NCBI GenBank assembly: GCA_047285535.1 | Contig: JBJBDC010000001.1 | Location: forward strand, 2,624,136 to 2,688,135 | Length of the DNA: 64,000 nucleotides | Direction: 5' to 3' | From: Synechococcus sp. | Lineage (GTDB): Bacteria > Cyanobacteriota > Cyanobacteriia > PCC-6307 > Cyanobiaceae | In this document: positions 19,553 through 30,627 of the stretch, piece after piece | How the letters are laid out: every line of letters begins with the position of its first letter | Position numbering within the stretch: position 1 is the first letter of the stretch | Translations under genes and position numbers: made by a program | The notes under the pieces: model-generated | Databases searched by the model: none | What the model was told of the DNA's origin: nothing | Seen by the model: the letters and a program-made list of their open reading frames with translations, nothing else

Positions 19553-20671
19553 CTACCACGTGTGATGGGCTCTTGAGCTTTGCTCCCATGGAGCGAAATC
19601 CTCTGAAAAACAACCTTCATGAATGGCTTGTCTCATGGCGTTGGTAAATCGGATGAGGTGGGTGAGGTTGTGCAAGCTCAAGAGAGTGAGCCCTAGCAGT
19701 TCTTCGCTACGGATCAGATGGTGGAGATAGGCACGCGTGTGGTTGCGGCAGGCAGTGCATGGGCAGCTCCTGTCCAAAGGAGTGTGATCGTGTCTGAAGC
19801 GGGCATTGCGGAGGTTCCAGCGTTCGTTGCCCACCAGTGCGGTGCCATGCCTTCCTAGACGGGTGGGTAGAACACAGTCAAAGAGATCGATCCCATTGGC
19901 GACGGCTACCGCCATCTCCCGGAGGGTGCCAATTCCCATCAGGTATCGAGGGCGATCAGCGGGTAAGAGGGGGGTGACCTGTCGCACGATCTGATGCATC
20001 TCCTCCACTGGCTCTCCAACGCTGACTCCGCCGATCGCGATCCCAGGTAAGTTGAAGGCCGCCACCGTTCTGGCGCTCAGATCACGTAGGTGGGGGAAGC
20101 ACCCTCCCTGCACAATTCCAAACAGAGCTTGATCCTCACGCTCGTGGGCTTCAGCGCAGCGACCTAACCATGCATGTGTGCGTCGGCAGGCCTCCTCGAC
20201 ATCATTCTCGGTGGCTGGGTATGGAGGACATTGATCGAAGGCCATGGCCACATCTGCGCCAAGGCGCATCTGAATTTGCATCGACCGCTCCGGGGTCAGC
20301 AAGATTCGACTGCCGCTGCGAGGATTGCGGAAGTCCACGCCTTCATCGTCAATTCGGTTGAGGTCCCCGAGGCTGAACACTTGGTATCCACCTGAATCGG
20401 TCAGCATGGGCCCGTTCCAGTCCATGAACCGATGCAGCCCTCCTGCTTCGGCCACAATCTCCTCACCAGGTTGGAGATGCAAGTGATAGGTGTTCGAAAG
20501 CACCATTTGGGCGCCAGTTTCTGCCAGTTGGGAGGTGGTCAGCCCCTTAACGGTTCCGAGAGTGCCTACTGGCATGAATCGGGGGGTTGTGACTGGACCG
20601 TGAGGTGTTTGAAAGCAGCCGCAGCGAGCACCCGTCGAACTGCACGTGGCCTGAATCTTGAACTTGAACAC
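19553..20671 (-). CDS. tgt: tRNA-guanine(34) transglycosylase
   Basis: [32 protein letters not shown], zinc site CPCTAC..H. Confidence 0.97.
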   Translation of the reverse strand: MFKFKIQATCSSTGARCGCFQTPHGPVTTPRFMPVGTLGTVKGLTTSQLAETGAQMVLSNTYHLHLQPGEEIVAEAGGLHRFMDWNGPMLTDSGGYQVFSLGDLNRIDDEGVDFRNPRSGSRILLTPERSMQIQMRLGADVAMAFDQCPPYPATENDVEEACRRTHAWLGRCAEAHEREDQALFGIVQGGCFPHLRDLSARTVAAFNLPGIAIGGVSVGEPVEEMHQIVRQVTPLLPADRPRYLMGIGTLREMAVAVANGIDLFDCVLPTRLGRHGTALVGNERWNLRNARFRHDHTPLDRSCPCTACRNHTRAYLHHLIRSEELLGLTLLSLHNLTHLIRFTNAMRQAIHEGCFSEDFAPWEQSSRAHHTW

Positions 20672-20730
20672 AGGCCATGCGTGCAACGGATCAATTTACG
20701 GTGAGTGGTGTCACTACCAGTATCTAGGCC

Positions 20731-21501
20731 ATGGCATCAGCCCCCTCATGGCTGCGGGATTTCTCCGGTGCCTGGATTTTTTATTCGGTGCTGCCTCCCT
20801 GGCCCTTTCCCCAGCCCCGTTTTGAACGCATCGCTCGGTTCGCTCCCTGGATCGGTTTGGTGATTGGTGGTCTGCAAGCGGGATTGTGGTTGCTTTTATC
20901 TGGGTTGGGCTGGCCTCATATAGCGATTATTTCTACTGTGTTGGCATTCGGCATCTGGCTTACCGGTGGGCTCCATCTTGACGGGCTGATGGACATGGCC
21001 GATGGTCTCGCTGCCGGGCCTGATCGGTGTTTGGAGGCCATGGAGGACAGCCGCGTTGGAGCGAGTGGTGTTCAGTTGTTGGTGTTGGTGCTATTGCTTC
21101 AGTTCGGTGCTTTGATGCGGCTGGGCCCCGAAGCGCCAATGGCTTGGGTTGTAGCGATTGCGTTGGCAAGGGTGTCGCCGTTATGGGCGATGGCGCGGTT
21201 CCCTTATTTACGTGTGAATGGAACTGCTGGGTTTCACCGCCGTTACGCGAAGGGGTTTGCAGACACTGTTCCGACGCTGATTCTGCTGCTACTTCTGCTG
21301 GCTATGGCACACACTCAGCTGCTGCCCCTGCTGAGTGTTCCTATCTTTCTGCTGACAGGACTTCTTGTGGCTGAGTGTCTCGGTCGGCGACTGGGTGGGA
21401 TGACTGGGGACGGCTACGGGGCTGTTGTGATTCTCAGCGAAACTTTCAGTTTGTTGGCGCTGGCTTTTTTGGCCCCTCTGCTCGGATCGGCGGGAGGCTG
21501 A
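20731..21501 (+). CDS. cobS: Adenosylcobinamide-GDP ribazoletransferase (cobalamin synthase)
   Basis: TGGLHLDGLMDMADG, MEDSRVGASG, LGGMTGDGYG. Polytopic membrane protein. Confidence 0.93.
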   Translation: MASAPSWLRDFSGAWIFYSVLPPWPFPQPRFERIARFAPWIGLVIGGLQAGLWLLLSGLGWPHIAIISTVLAFGIWLTGGLHLDGLMDMADGLAAGPDRCLEAMEDSRVGASGVQLLVLVLLLQFGALMRLGPEAPMAWVVAIALARVSPLWAMARFPYLRVNGTAGFHRRYAKGFADTVPTLILLLLLLAMAHTQLLPLLSVPIFLLTGLLVAECLGRRLGGMTGDGYGAVVILSETFSLLALAFLAPLLGSAGG

Positions 21502-22594
21502 GTAAGAAAGCATTCCCTTTGCTTGGGAGGCTCGGATCCAGCTCACTAGGCGTGGTGTGTAAGACCAGCGCTCCTCCCCTTGCTTCAGCGAGGTCTCGAG
21601 CAAGTGCGAGCCCTAGACCCGATCCAGGTTGATCCTTGTTGCGGCTTCCCCGTTCGCCTTTGCGAAAGATCACATCTTGCTCTTGATCTGGGATGGGGGA
21701 TCCCCCATCCCAGATCAAGATGCTGAGGTCGAACAGGCTGATGCCAAGTGGACAGCCTGATGGGCTGTAGCGAAAAGCGTTTTCAAGCAGATTGGCGACG
21801 ATTTCCGATACCACCCCATCTTCATTCGGTCGGATCTCTCGAGTCCACGCAGGCCAGTCTGTTGGTGCGTTCCAGACGCGGTTCTGTAGCGCTGAGGTCG
21901 CAGCAGCTCGTTCGATGAGTGGTTTCAGCAGTCCTTCGATTGTGAGCTCTGGAGCTTCTGATTTCACTTCAGGAAGCAGGAGTGGAGTCGGTGCCTCCTG
22001 CCGATGCGGCAGGTTCTGTTGACCAATGAGATCCAGAGAGGCAATGAAGCGGTCAAGCTGTGCCTGTTCCTGAAGGAGTCCGGTCACCAGTGGGCGTTGG
22101 ACATGCTCGGGCCCAAGACGACGTAGCAGGAGCTGGGCGTAGGTCCTTAAGGCAGCCAGTGGGTTGCGCAATTGATGAATCACGAGGTTCATCTGTTGGC
22201 GTTGTTGGTGGAGCTCTTCCAGTAGCCGACTGCGCTCCAGTTCAAGGCCCAGGCTGTAGGCCAATGCAGAGGCGCTAGCTTGTAAACGTCGATCCAAATG
22301 ATCGGGCCATTCTTTCCCTTGTTGCTGTTCTGCCCTTAGGACTCCAAGAAGGAGATCGTCGTGACGAAGAGGAAACCAGTGCCGTTCTGGTGTTGGAATA
22401 CGTAGGGTTGGATCGTCTGCAATGGGCGGAAGTCGACCACCGTCGGGAGGCCACTGATCCAGCATTGTGAGGCTGGGAGCCTTCCCCTCACTGCTTTCTG
22501 CTGTGTAGATGACAAGTCTTTCAAGTTCCTGGTCGCACGAAAAACTCTGCAACTGTTGATGGACCAGGGTTAAGAACCGGTTGGACAGCTGCAT
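21446..22594 (-). CDS. Sensor histidine kinase, Hik2/CSK-like
   Basis: GAF-like N-terminus, H-box HQLRNPLAALRTY, NLLENAFRYS, PGSGLGL. No transmembrane segment. Confidence 0.85.
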   Translation of the reverse strand: MQLSNRFLTLVHQQLQSFSCDQELERLVIYTAESSEGKAPSLTMLDQWPPDGGRLPPIADDPTLRIPTPERHWFPLRHDDLLLGVLRAEQQQGKEWPDHLDRRLQASASALAYSLGLELERSRLLEELHQQRQQMNLVIHQLRNPLAALRTYAQLLLRRLGPEHVQRPLVTGLLQEQAQLDRFIASLDLIGQQNLPHRQEAPTPLLLPEVKSEAPELTIEGLLKPLIERAAATSALQNRVWNAPTDWPAWTREIRPNEDGVVSEIVANLLENAFRYSPSGCPLGISLFDLSILIWDGGSPIPDQEQDVIFRKGERGSRNKDQPGSGLGLALARDLAEARGGALVLHTTPSELDPSLPSKGNAFLLSLPPIRAEGPKKPAPTN

Positions 22595-22986
22595 TCTTAG
22601 AGTTGTATGCCCGGATACAGACGTGAACTCAGCCATCAATTGACGCTTCTTGCCAATTCAGGAAAAAGTCTTAAGATGTGACGATCGACTGACGGAGCTC
22701 TTCGTGAGGTGCCGGTTTCCTGTCGATTTTTGCTCAGGTTGCACATTTGTTGCTACCAAGGTTACAGCAGAGCTGGATGTATCTCCTGTTGTCATCGGTT
22801 TCATGCCGATGACTTCCTTCCTGTGTGTTCAGTGATTTTGCAGTTTCTTGGCTGCATGATCATCCCTCCGATTCGCTGACGTCACGATGCTCTTTTAGAG
22901 CATTTCAACTTGATCGATTGCCCCTTCTCAAGTGGCATCGGTTCTTTGAAAGCCCCCTCTCACTCCCTGAACAGGGATTTTGCCCA

Positions 22987-23355
22987 ATGTCCAAAAAACG
23001 TAAGAGGATTAGTCGCCGCCGCCTCGCTGGCCAGCGTGTGTTGGCGCATGTGCCTACTCATCACCTTGAAACAGGTGAACACAAGCCAGTTACAGCTGCC
23101 CGTCGTTACATCGCTGAAGGCGTTTTAAACCCTCCGGCGCTGGTCAATGTACGCCGCAACGAACACACCACAGATCGGTTTTTTTGGGGTGAAAAAGGTT
23201 TGTTTAGTGCTCAGTACGCAGAGGAGAATCACTTTCTGTTCCCTTCCCTTCGATCCATCGTTGATCACGTTGGCGAAGAGGTCATTTTCGAAGGACTAGA
23301 TCTCGCTTCTGATGACTGGGAGGAAATGGAAGAGTACGAATACGCTTTCGTTTGA
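22987..23355 (+). CDS. DUF3155 family protein
   Basis: MSKKRKRISRRRLAGQRVLAHVP..KPVTAARRYI..EHTTDRFFWGEKGLFSAQYAEENHFLFPSL is a conserved cyanobacterial sequence. Confidence 0.85.
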   Translation: MSKKRKRISRRRLAGQRVLAHVPTHHLETGEHKPVTAARRYIAEGVLNPPALVNVRRNEHTTDRFFWGEKGLFSAQYAEENHFLFPSLRSIVDHVGEEVIFEGLDLASDDWEEMEEYEYAFV

Positions 23356-23391
23356 ATTGTCTTTTCTTCAATCGTCATCATTGCAAAGCTC

Positions 23392-24015
23392 TTAGGCCTG
23401 TTGTGCTGCCATCCCCAGCCATTGCCTAAGGGCTTTTTTCATAGAGACCTGAGCCTCGGCGGGGATGGTATGACCACCTTGAAAACTTTGGTAATCACAT
23501 AATTGATGCCCTTGTTCAAGCGCGTTTTTGAGTGACAAGCTGGCTGAAGCAGGCACTACATCGTCGCTCTGTCCATGCAGAAGAAGCACAGGAGGGCGAC
23601 TAACCGGTGCTTTCCAGTTGGGATGGGGGTAAGCACTGCAAGCAATTAAACCGGCCAGGGGTAAGTCACAGCCGGCGGCTATGGCCATTGCACCTCCTTG
23701 CGAAAATCCCAGCAACACCGTGGCTTCCAAGGGGATATTCACTGTCGATAGTTTCTGAATGCGCTGCTTTAACCCAGAAACGGCGGATGGAACTGCCGCC
23801 CAGTCGGCCGGGAACAGTCCATACCATTGCCTCCCCATTCCTTGGGTTTGCTGCTGAGGAGCTTGTAGGGCAACGAGCTCAAGAGATGTCCCTATCGCTG
23901 CGGCCAAGGATGTTCCGAGAGGCATTAGGTCGTTGGCATCGGCTCCCCAGCCATGAAGTAGAACAAGCCGTGCGTTTGGGTTCGGTGCGGATTGAAGGAG
24001 AAGATCGGTAGCCAT
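23392..24015 (-). CDS. Alpha/beta hydrolase (phospholipase/carboxylesterase)
   Basis: LLHGWGA, nucleophile GFSQGG, HGQSDDVVP, GGH. Confidence 0.9.
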   Translation of the reverse strand: MATDLLLQSAPNPNARLVLLHGWGADANDLMPLGTSLAAAIGTSLELVALQAPQQQTQGMGRQWYGLFPADWAAVPSAVSGLKQRIQKLSTVNIPLEATVLLGFSQGGAMAIAAGCDLPLAGLIACSAYPHPNWKAPVSRPPVLLLHGQSDDVVPASASLSLKNALEQGHQLCDYQSFQGGHTIPAEAQVSMKKALRQWLGMAAQQA

Positions 24016-24075
24016 GGCAAGAGGTGCTGCATTGCTGCGTAGGTTGGCTCAAGCCCTGTCTTTCGTCCTGCTGCC

Positions 24076-25668
24076 ATGGCTCCAACTGCCTTGCTGAGCG
24101 TGTCCGATAAGAGGGGGGTGGTTCCTCTCGCGGAAGCTCTCAATCGGATTCATGGCTATCGGCTTTTGTCTAGTGGTGGAACGGCCAAAGTGTTGGAAGA
24201 GGCTGGCTTGCCCGTTACGAGAGTGGCCGATCACACCGGTGCTCCTGAGATTCTTGGCGGTCGAGTCAAAACCCTTCATCCTCGAATTCATGGAGGGATT
24301 TTGGCCCGACGCGGGGATCCGAGTCATGAAGCGGATCTCTTCGAGCAGCAGATTGATCTCATTGATGTGGTGGTGGTGAATCTCTATCCATTCAGGGAGA
24401 CCGTGGCAGCCCCTGATGTGAGCTGGGATACAGCGATCGAGAACATCGATATCGGTGGACCCACCATGGTCCGCTCTGCGGCTAAGAATCATGCTCACGT
24501 CGCAGTGTTGACCAGTCCTGAGCAGTACGACGGTTTCTTGGCTTCGCTCACGAAAGCTTCCGGACGTGTGGACGCAACCATGCGCCAACAGTTGGCCTTA
24601 GAGGCTTTTGCTCACACGGCTGCGTACGACGTTGCAATTAGTCGCTGGATGCAATCACATCAGGAGTTGATGCAACCTGCTGTCGAGGTCGTTCCTCCAG
24701 CAGAACCTCTGCCTTGGCTGGAAGCCTTGCCTCTTCGGCAAGAGTTACGTTACGGAGAAAACCCTCACCAAAAAGCTGCTTGGTTCAGTAGCCGAGTGGG
24801 ATGGGGTGGTGCTAACCAGCTTCAAGGGAAAGAGCTCAGCACCAACAATCTGCTTGATTTGGAAGCGGCCTTGGCCACAGTTCGCGAGTTTGGTTACGGC
24901 TCAGTGGGGCTTCATCCTGCTGAGCAATCAGCTGCAGTGGTGGTTAAGCACACCAATCCTTGTGGTGTGGCGGTTGGTGATGGCGTGGCGCAAGCTCTGA
25001 CTAGGGCTCTTGATGGAGATCGGATCAGCGCATTTGGCGGCATCGTTGCTCTCAATGGTGCGGTTGATGGCCTTGCGGCGAAGGAACTAACCAGTCTGTT
25101 CTTGGAGTGTGTTGTGGCACCGGGGTATAGCTCAGAAGCACGAGAAATCTTGGCAGTTAAAGCCAATCTCCGCCTGCTTGAGTTGGCGCCTGAGGCGATC
25201 GATGCTGCCGATAAAGATCATGTCCGCAGCATTCTTGGTGGTCTCCTTGTGCAGGATCTCGATGATCAACCGATTGATTCCTCCAGTTGGACTTTGGCCA
25301 GCAAGCGACAACCCACAGCAGCCGAACAAGCAGATCTCCGCTTTGCCTGGCAGGTCGTGCGTCACGTGCGCTCCAATGCGATTTTGGTGGCTCGTAATGG
25401 GCAGAGCCTGGGGGTTGGTGCTGGACAGATGAATAGAGTCGGATCTGCCCGAATTGCCTTAGAGGCTGCCGGGGAAAAGGCGATTGGGGCTGTGCTAGCC
25501 AGTGATGGCTTCTTTCCTTTCGATGACACTGTTCGACTTGCCGCTCGCCATGGAATTAAGGCCGTCATCCATCCTGGAGGGAGCCTGCGTGATGCTGATT
25601 CGATGAAAGCTTGTGATGAGCTTGGTTTGTCGATGGTCCTGACCGGACGCCGTCATTTTCTTCACTGA
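24076..25668 (+). CDS. purH: Bifunctional AICAR transformylase / IMP cyclohydrolase
   Basis: [52 protein letters not shown]. Confidence 0.98.
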   Translation: MAPTALLSVSDKRGVVPLAEALNRIHGYRLLSSGGTAKVLEEAGLPVTRVADHTGAPEILGGRVKTLHPRIHGGILARRGDPSHEADLFEQQIDLIDVVVVNLYPFRETVAAPDVSWDTAIENIDIGGPTMVRSAAKNHAHVAVLTSPEQYDGFLASLTKASGRVDATMRQQLALEAFAHTAAYDVAISRWMQSHQELMQPAVEVVPPAEPLPWLEALPLRQELRYGENPHQKAAWFSSRVGWGGANQLQGKELSTNNLLDLEAALATVREFGYGSVGLHPAEQSAAVVVKHTNPCGVAVGDGVAQALTRALDGDRISAFGGIVALNGAVDGLAAKELTSLFLECVVAPGYSSEAREILAVKANLRLLELAPEAIDAADKDHVRSILGGLLVQDLDDQPIDSSSWTLASKRQPTAAEQADLRFAWQVVRHVRSNAILVARNGQSLGVGAGQMNRVGSARIALEAAGEKAIGAVLASDGFFPFDDTVRLAARHGIKAVIHPGGSLRDADSMKACDELGLSMVLTGRRHFLH

Positions 25669-25718
25669 AAGCATGAGCTCCTAATCTCGCTTCGCCCGTC
25701 CAACCGAGTTCCTGACCT

Positions 25719-26180
25719 ATGACACTGCCAGATTTACCGTTTGCCGCGAATTTTTTGCACCCGCTGATGATGTGGGGGTTGTTGGCCGCAGGTGGCTATT
25801 CAATGTTTCTCGGAATCAAAGCCAAGAAGGTGCGGACAGGTACTCCAGAACAACGCAAGGCCTTGATCCCAGGCAAGTTTGCTCAGCGTCATTACCGCTG
25901 GGGAAGTCTGATGTTGGCCGTGATGGTTACAGGCATGATTGGAGGTATGACCGTCACTTATGTGAATAATGGCAAGTTGTTTGTCGGTCCACATTTGCTT
26001 GTGGGCTTACTGATGACGGGAATGATTGCCGTCGCTGCAGCACTGGCTCCGTTCATGCAGCAGGGCAATATCATTGCCCGAAAAGTCCATGTTGGCCTCA
26101 ATATGGGAATGCTGACCTTATTCCTTTGGCAGGCAGTTAGCGGCATGGAAATCTTGAACAAGATTTGGGTGAATCGCTGA
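25719..26180 (+). CDS. DUF4079 membrane protein (cytochrome b561-like His pattern)
   Basis: Four hydrophobic segments with conserved His residues (HPLMM, RHY, GPH, KVH). Confidence 0.75.
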   Translation: MTLPDLPFAANFLHPLMMWGLLAAGGYSMFLGIKAKKVRTGTPEQRKALIPGKFAQRHYRWGSLMLAVMVTGMIGGMTVTYVNNGKLFVGPHLLVGLLMTGMIAVAAALAPFMQQGNIIARKVHVGLNMGMLTLFLWQAVSGMEILNKIWVNR

Positions 26181-26186
26181 TCTCGA

Positions 26187-26813
26187 TCAAAAGGCTGCCC
26201 GCCTTTTGGGCGGGCAGATTAAACCGTGACTCGCATGAAAATCTTCCTGTACTTTCCAAGTCAGACGTCTTGAAATTTGACGCACGATCTGACGCAGTAG
26301 ATGGTCGCCGCTGGATTGAACTAACCCGTTGGGAAGCAACGTAATCATTTTGGGTAAGTGAATCCAAACCGCAAGATCTAGATTCCAGCTCACAGCAGTG
26401 AGAATCTCACCAGACTCGTCTGAGTCGTTGTTCTCAAGGTTCAGGTTGGCTTGGAACTCAACGTCATAGAGATCAGTCAAGGCTGAGTCAACCGTTTTCA
26501 GTGGAACCGTTGAGATTGCATAGTTCCCTTGGTTCTGGGGCAGGAGGCGCAAGCCGATCGTAGGTTCCACTTCAAAGCCAAAGTTGCCAAACCGACCAAG
26601 CGTGAGGGCATAGGCCTGAGTGTCAATAGGCGTGACGTCCATAGGGGCAGCGCAGCGGCGAAACCAGCCTTCGTGACGATCGAGATAAGAACCCACGGTT
26701 TGAAGGTCAGCGCGCATCTCCATGCGATCGCGAAACTGACTGCGATAGCAGCGAACTCGAAGGTTGTCGCTACAGCGCAAGGAGTCAGTTGAGGGTCTCG
26801 TTAAGAGCAGCAC
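26187..26813 (-). CDS. DUF1997 family protein
   Basis: YLDRHEGWFRRCAAPM, GRFGNFGFEVEP, LTWKVQEDFH. Confidence 0.8.
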   Translation of the reverse strand: MLLLTRPSTDSLRCSDNLRVRCYRSQFRDRMEMRADLQTVGSYLDRHEGWFRRCAAPMDVTPIDTQAYALTLGRFGNFGFEVEPTIGLRLLPQNQGNYAISTVPLKTVDSALTDLYDVEFQANLNLENNDSDESGEILTAVSWNLDLAVWIHLPKMITLLPNGLVQSSGDHLLRQIVRQISRRLTWKVQEDFHASHGLICPPKRRAAF

Positions 26814-26873
26814 GTTTGCAGGTCTCCGGTTGGAGAGATCTCCAGGGTTAATTAATGTAAAGGAGGTAGGTCT

Positions 26874-28070
26874 TTAATTTTCGCTCAGGGCAATCAGTTT
26901 TTTGATGACATGCTCCACAACCCTGTCAGGGGTTGAGGCTCCGGAGGTGATTCCAACGGTCACTGGGCCATTGGGAAGGAAGAAATCTTCGGTTATGAGT
27001 TGCTCCCCAAGAGGCTTGTGCTCAATGGAGTTGTTGGGGTGGATGCGTTCTGGTGTGTCGATATGGAAGGAACGGATTCCACGGTTGATGGCAATTTCTT
27101 GTAAGTGTGTTGTGTTTGAGGAGTTGTACCCTCCGATCACCACCATGAGGTCAACAGGTTCGTCAACGAGCGAAAACATGGCATCTTGACGTTCCTGGGT
27201 GGCATCACAGATGGTGTTGAACGCTGCAAAATGCTCATTCAGTTCGGCGGGTCCGTATTTACTGAGCATGGTGCGCTCGAACAGTCGGCCAATTTCCTCC
27301 GTTTCCCTTTTAAGCATGGTGGTTTGATTGGCCACCCCTAGATGCTCGAGGTCACGATCTGGATCAAACCCTGGTGAGGACGCATTGGAGAAGCGATCCA
27401 TGAATGATTCTCGATTCCCTTTCCCGAGGATGTATTCAGAAACGAGTCGGGCTTCATCAAGGTCAAGAACGACCAGGTACCTGCCTGCGAATGAACTCGT
27501 GGCAAGGGTCTCTTCGTGTTGAACCTTGCCGTGAATGATGGATGTGAACTCTTGTTTTTTGTGTTTTTCAACCGTGGTCCACACCTTGGAGACCCATGGG
27601 CAAGTCGTGTCAACAATGTGACACCCACGCTCATTGAGAAGTTGCATCTCCTGAACTGTGGCACCAAAGGCAGGAAGAATCACAACATCGCCATTCGCAA
27701 CTCTAGAGAAGTCTTTAACGCCATCATCTACAGGGATGAACAGCACATTCATCTCACGCAGGTGATCGTTCACCGAGGGATTATGGATAATTTCGTTGGT
27801 GATCCAGATTCGTTCTTGCGGGTAGTGGCGTCGCGTTTCGTAGGCCATGGCTACAGCCCTTTCCACTCCCCAGCAGAATCCAAATGCTTCAGCAAGGCGT
27901 ACTTGTAGGCGCCCATTGGTTAGTCGATATCCGTTGTCTCGGATTGAGCCAATCAGGCTGCTTTGATAGGCCTGTTCCAAGCTGCCAGCGACTTCTTCAG
28001 CTCGACCGAAGCCGCGTCGGTTGTAGCGATCGGAGTGATGGAGCGATCGTTTGAAGGCGTGAGTATCCAT
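26874..28070 (-). CDS. ispH: 4-hydroxy-3-methylbut-2-enyl diphosphate reductase
   Basis: [47 protein letters not shown]. Confidence 0.97.
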   Translation of the reverse strand: MDTHAFKRSLHHSDRYNRRGFGRAEEVAGSLEQAYQSSLIGSIRDNGYRLTNGRLQVRLAEAFGFCWGVERAVAMAYETRRHYPQERIWITNEIIHNPSVNDHLREMNVLFIPVDDGVKDFSRVANGDVVILPAFGATVQEMQLLNERGCHIVDTTCPWVSKVWTTVEKHKKQEFTSIIHGKVQHEETLATSSFAGRYLVVLDLDEARLVSEYILGKGNRESFMDRFSNASSPGFDPDRDLEHLGVANQTTMLKRETEEIGRLFERTMLSKYGPAELNEHFAAFNTICDATQERQDAMFSLVDEPVDLMVVIGGYNSSNTTHLQEIAINRGIRSFHIDTPERIHPNNSIEHKPLGEQLITEDFFLPNGPVTVGITSGASTPDRVVEHVIKKLIALSEN

Positions 28071-28134
28071 CTCTGTATCGGCAGTCGATTGACTCTATGA
28101 GCTGTCTGGCACTAGCGACTGATTACGAATGCCA

Positions 28135-28166
28135 ATAAAAAACCCTGTCCCATGCCGGGACAGGGT
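28135..28166 (-). terminator. Rho-independent terminator downstream of amt1
   Basis: Perfect 10-bp stem ACCCTGTCCC/GGGACAGGGT (28142-28166) with a 5-nt loop, followed by a T-run on the minus strand. Confidence 0.85.
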
Positions 28167-28199
28167 GGTTAGAAGCCAAATGTTGTTGAGTGAACTGGC

Positions 28200-29663
28200 T
28201 TAACTGCCTGATGAAACGAAGTCTGGATAAGCCTCCATTCCATGTTCACCAATATCAAGGCCTTCAATTTCCTCCTTCTCGGTCACTCGGATGCCTCCGA
28301 ATAGCCCCCCAATAACAGACCAGGCAATCCAGCAAGTCACGATTGTCCAGATGGCATAGGCAGCGCAGCCCAAGGCTTGGATGCCGAGCTGGCTGATGCC
28401 ACCTCCTACGAACAAGCCGAGTGGGGAACCATCACCCTGGATGTCAAAACCCCAAAGACCAACAACCAAGGTTCCCCAGACACCACAAACACCATGAACG
28501 GAGAAGGCTCCTACGGGATCATCGATGCCGGCTGAATCAAGAGCTGATACCGCGAATACGACAATGATTCCTCCAATAAGACCAGCAATCCAAGAGCCCA
28601 CAAAGGTGAGGTTTCCGCAACCTGCCGTAATGCTGACCAGGCCGGCAAGGATGCCGTTGATGATCATGGTCAAGTCAGGTTTCCCTGATGTCATGGTTGA
28701 GATGACAGTGGCACCGATTGCACCACCAGCAGCAGCCAAGGTTGTGGTGACAGCGACGTAAGGCACCCATTGATCCATAGCGAGCTGAGATCCTGGGTTG
28801 AATCCATACCAGCCAATCCAAAGGATCAGTGCACCAAGAGTGGCGATAGCCATGTTGTGGCCAGGTATAGCTTGGGGTTTGCCATCGATGAATTTGCCAA
28901 TTCTTGGGCCAAGAAGCATGGCTCCAACCAGTCCGGCCCACGCGCCAACCGAGTGAACGATTGAAGATCCAGCGAAGTCGACAAAACCCATTTCGCTAAG
29001 CCAACCTCCATTCCATTGCCAAGCTCCTGCGATTGGATAGATCACAGCGGTGAGAACTAAAGCAAAAACAACAAACTCACCAAATTTCACGCGTTCAGCG
29101 ACCAAGCCGGACACGATCGTCGCCGCTGTTCCAGCAAAAGCAGCTTGGAACAAAAAGTCGACACTCGGCACGAGGCCTGCTTCTGAGATGAGCTCAGGGG
29201 TCACTGCCGGATCAAAAAAGAGACCGTTGAAATAGAGCCAGCCAGCAGCGATGGCATTGCCATACATCAACGAGTAACCGACAAACCAGTACGCCGTGAC
29301 TGCGAGTGCAAACACGAACAGGTTCTTGGCCAGGATATTGACAGCGTTCTTTTGGCGACACATGCCTGCCTCAACCATGGCGAACCCGGCGTTCATGAAG
29401 ATCACCAGGATCGTGGCTACGAGTAGCCATAGGTTGTTAGCCAGAAAAGCTGCATTCAGTTCGGGCATCTCTGCGGCATGAGCCGAGAGGTTGAAAAGCC
29501 CTAGGCCAAAAAGGGCTAGTGGAACGCAGCCCAACCACAGAAGCGAGCGGTTTGTTTTAAAGCCACGGATGCTTTGGAGTAGGAGCATCGGCCCATCCAG
29601 GAGACTCGCGTTTTGGAGCCGCGATTTGCGTCGCCAGTGGGGCGACTCGTGAGCAGTTGTCAT
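28200..29663 (-). CDS. amt1: Ammonium transporter
   Basis: FMNAGFAMVEAG, FQAAFAGTAATIVSG, DFAGSSIVH, WYGFNPGS, DDPVGAFSVHG, GLDIGEHG. Confidence 0.97.
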   Translation of the reverse strand: MTTAHESPHWRRKSRLQNASLLDGPMLLLQSIRGFKTNRSLLWLGCVPLALFGLGLFNLSAHAAEMPELNAAFLANNLWLLVATILVIFMNAGFAMVEAGMCRQKNAVNILAKNLFVFALAVTAYWFVGYSLMYGNAIAAGWLYFNGLFFDPAVTPELISEAGLVPSVDFLFQAAFAGTAATIVSGLVAERVKFGEFVVFALVLTAVIYPIAGAWQWNGGWLSEMGFVDFAGSSIVHSVGAWAGLVGAMLLGPRIGKFIDGKPQAIPGHNMAIATLGALILWIGWYGFNPGSQLAMDQWVPYVAVTTTLAAAGGAIGATVISTMTSGKPDLTMIINGILAGLVSITAGCGNLTFVGSWIAGLIGGIIVVFAVSALDSAGIDDPVGAFSVHGVCGVWGTLVVGLWGFDIQGDGSPLGLFVGGGISQLGIQALGCAAYAIWTIVTCWIAWSVIGGLFGGIRVTEKEEIEGLDIGEHGMEAYPDFVSSGS

Positions 29664-29747
29664 GGAAAAAAGCAAGACTGCAAGTTTTTGTGGACTGATC
29701 AGTCCATTTGCGCCTCCTAAAACTGCTCGCTAGAGAACATTCGTCAA

Positions 29748-29761
29748 GTGGCTGTTGATAC
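29748..29761 (-). promoter_or_regulatory. Putative NtcA-binding site upstream of amt1 (variant)
   Basis: Minus strand GTA-TCAACAGC-CAC, one mismatch to GTA-N8-TAC, about 85 bp upstream of the amt1 start. The -10 at 22 nt spacing is imperfect (CAGTTT). Confidence 0.55.
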
Positions 29762-29785
29762 CAAATTCTTGATTGATGGTGATTT

Positions 29786-30547
29786 CTAGTCTTTGGGTTG
29801 GCATGACAAAACTGGCCTGAGGCCGACCCAAGTGATCTGGTCGACGTCAAACTGGAAACAGCAAGGCAGCACTTCAACGCCCGCTGCCATGGCCTGTCTG
29901 AACAGATCCCCGTAGCGAGGATCTGCACTGTCTCCGGGCGCGAAGGCGATGACATCCGGACGGCTCAGGCAGGGAACCAACACACCTCGTGCCTCAGGAG
30001 GGAGTGCCGTCAGTTCCTCCAGGTGTTTTTGCCCCCGTTCCGTGACGGTGTCCGGGAAGAGTGCAATGTCGCCGTGACTCCAGGTGGTGTTTTTGACTTC
30101 GACGTAGATGGGGCGTTGATCGTCTGCGCTGTCCTCTGGGGTAAGCAATAAGTCAATGCGACTTCTGCGATTGAGGCCATAGGCCACTTCGGCGCGGATT
30201 GTCTTGATTGGGCCGAGCTGGTCTTTGAGTTCACCGGCTTCAATCAGGGCCCGAATCAGTTTGTTCGGCAAAGCCGTATTGATTCCAGCCCAGCAGAGTG
30301 TTCCGTCGCTGCTTGGGATCTCAGCTTGCTCCCAAGTCCAGGCCAGCTTGCGTTTCGGGGAGGGGGCATGGCGCACTCTCACCCTCCCACCGGGATGGAG
30401 CACTCCTTTCATTGGTCCGGTGTTGGCGCAGTGGACGGTAACAATCTGGCCATCGGTGAGTTCCACATCAGCCAGAAACCGTTTGTAGCGCTTAAGGAGC
30501 ACTCCTTCAGTGAGTGCAGGAAATTGAAGGAGTGACGTGCCGGTCAT
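29786..30547 (-). CDS. sfsA: DNA/RNA nuclease SfsA
   Basis: RYKRFLADV, HCANTGPM, SRIDLLL, YVEVKN, FPDTVTERGQKHL. Confidence 0.95.
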   Translation of the reverse strand: MTGTSLLQFPALTEGVLLKRYKRFLADVELTDGQIVTVHCANTGPMKGVLHPGGRVRVRHAPSPKRKLAWTWEQAEIPSSDGTLCWAGINTALPNKLIRALIEAGELKDQLGPIKTIRAEVAYGLNRRSRIDLLLTPEDSADDQRPIYVEVKNTTWSHGDIALFPDTVTERGQKHLEELTALPPEARGVLVPCLSRPDVIAFAPGDSADPRYGDLFRQAMAAGVEVLPCCFQFDVDQITWVGLRPVLSCQPKD

Positions 30548-30627
30548 GGGTGCTGGCTGATTCAAGCCAAGGTGGCCTGGCAAAGGGTTGAGAATGCTCG
30601 CTCAACGGAGCTGAACAAAGAAGACGA

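Noticed and set aside
22740..22800. NtcA-like half sites (GTTGCTAC, GTTACA, GTATC) between the kinase and DUF3155
   Set aside because: No GTA/GTG-N8-TAC pair with correct spacing.
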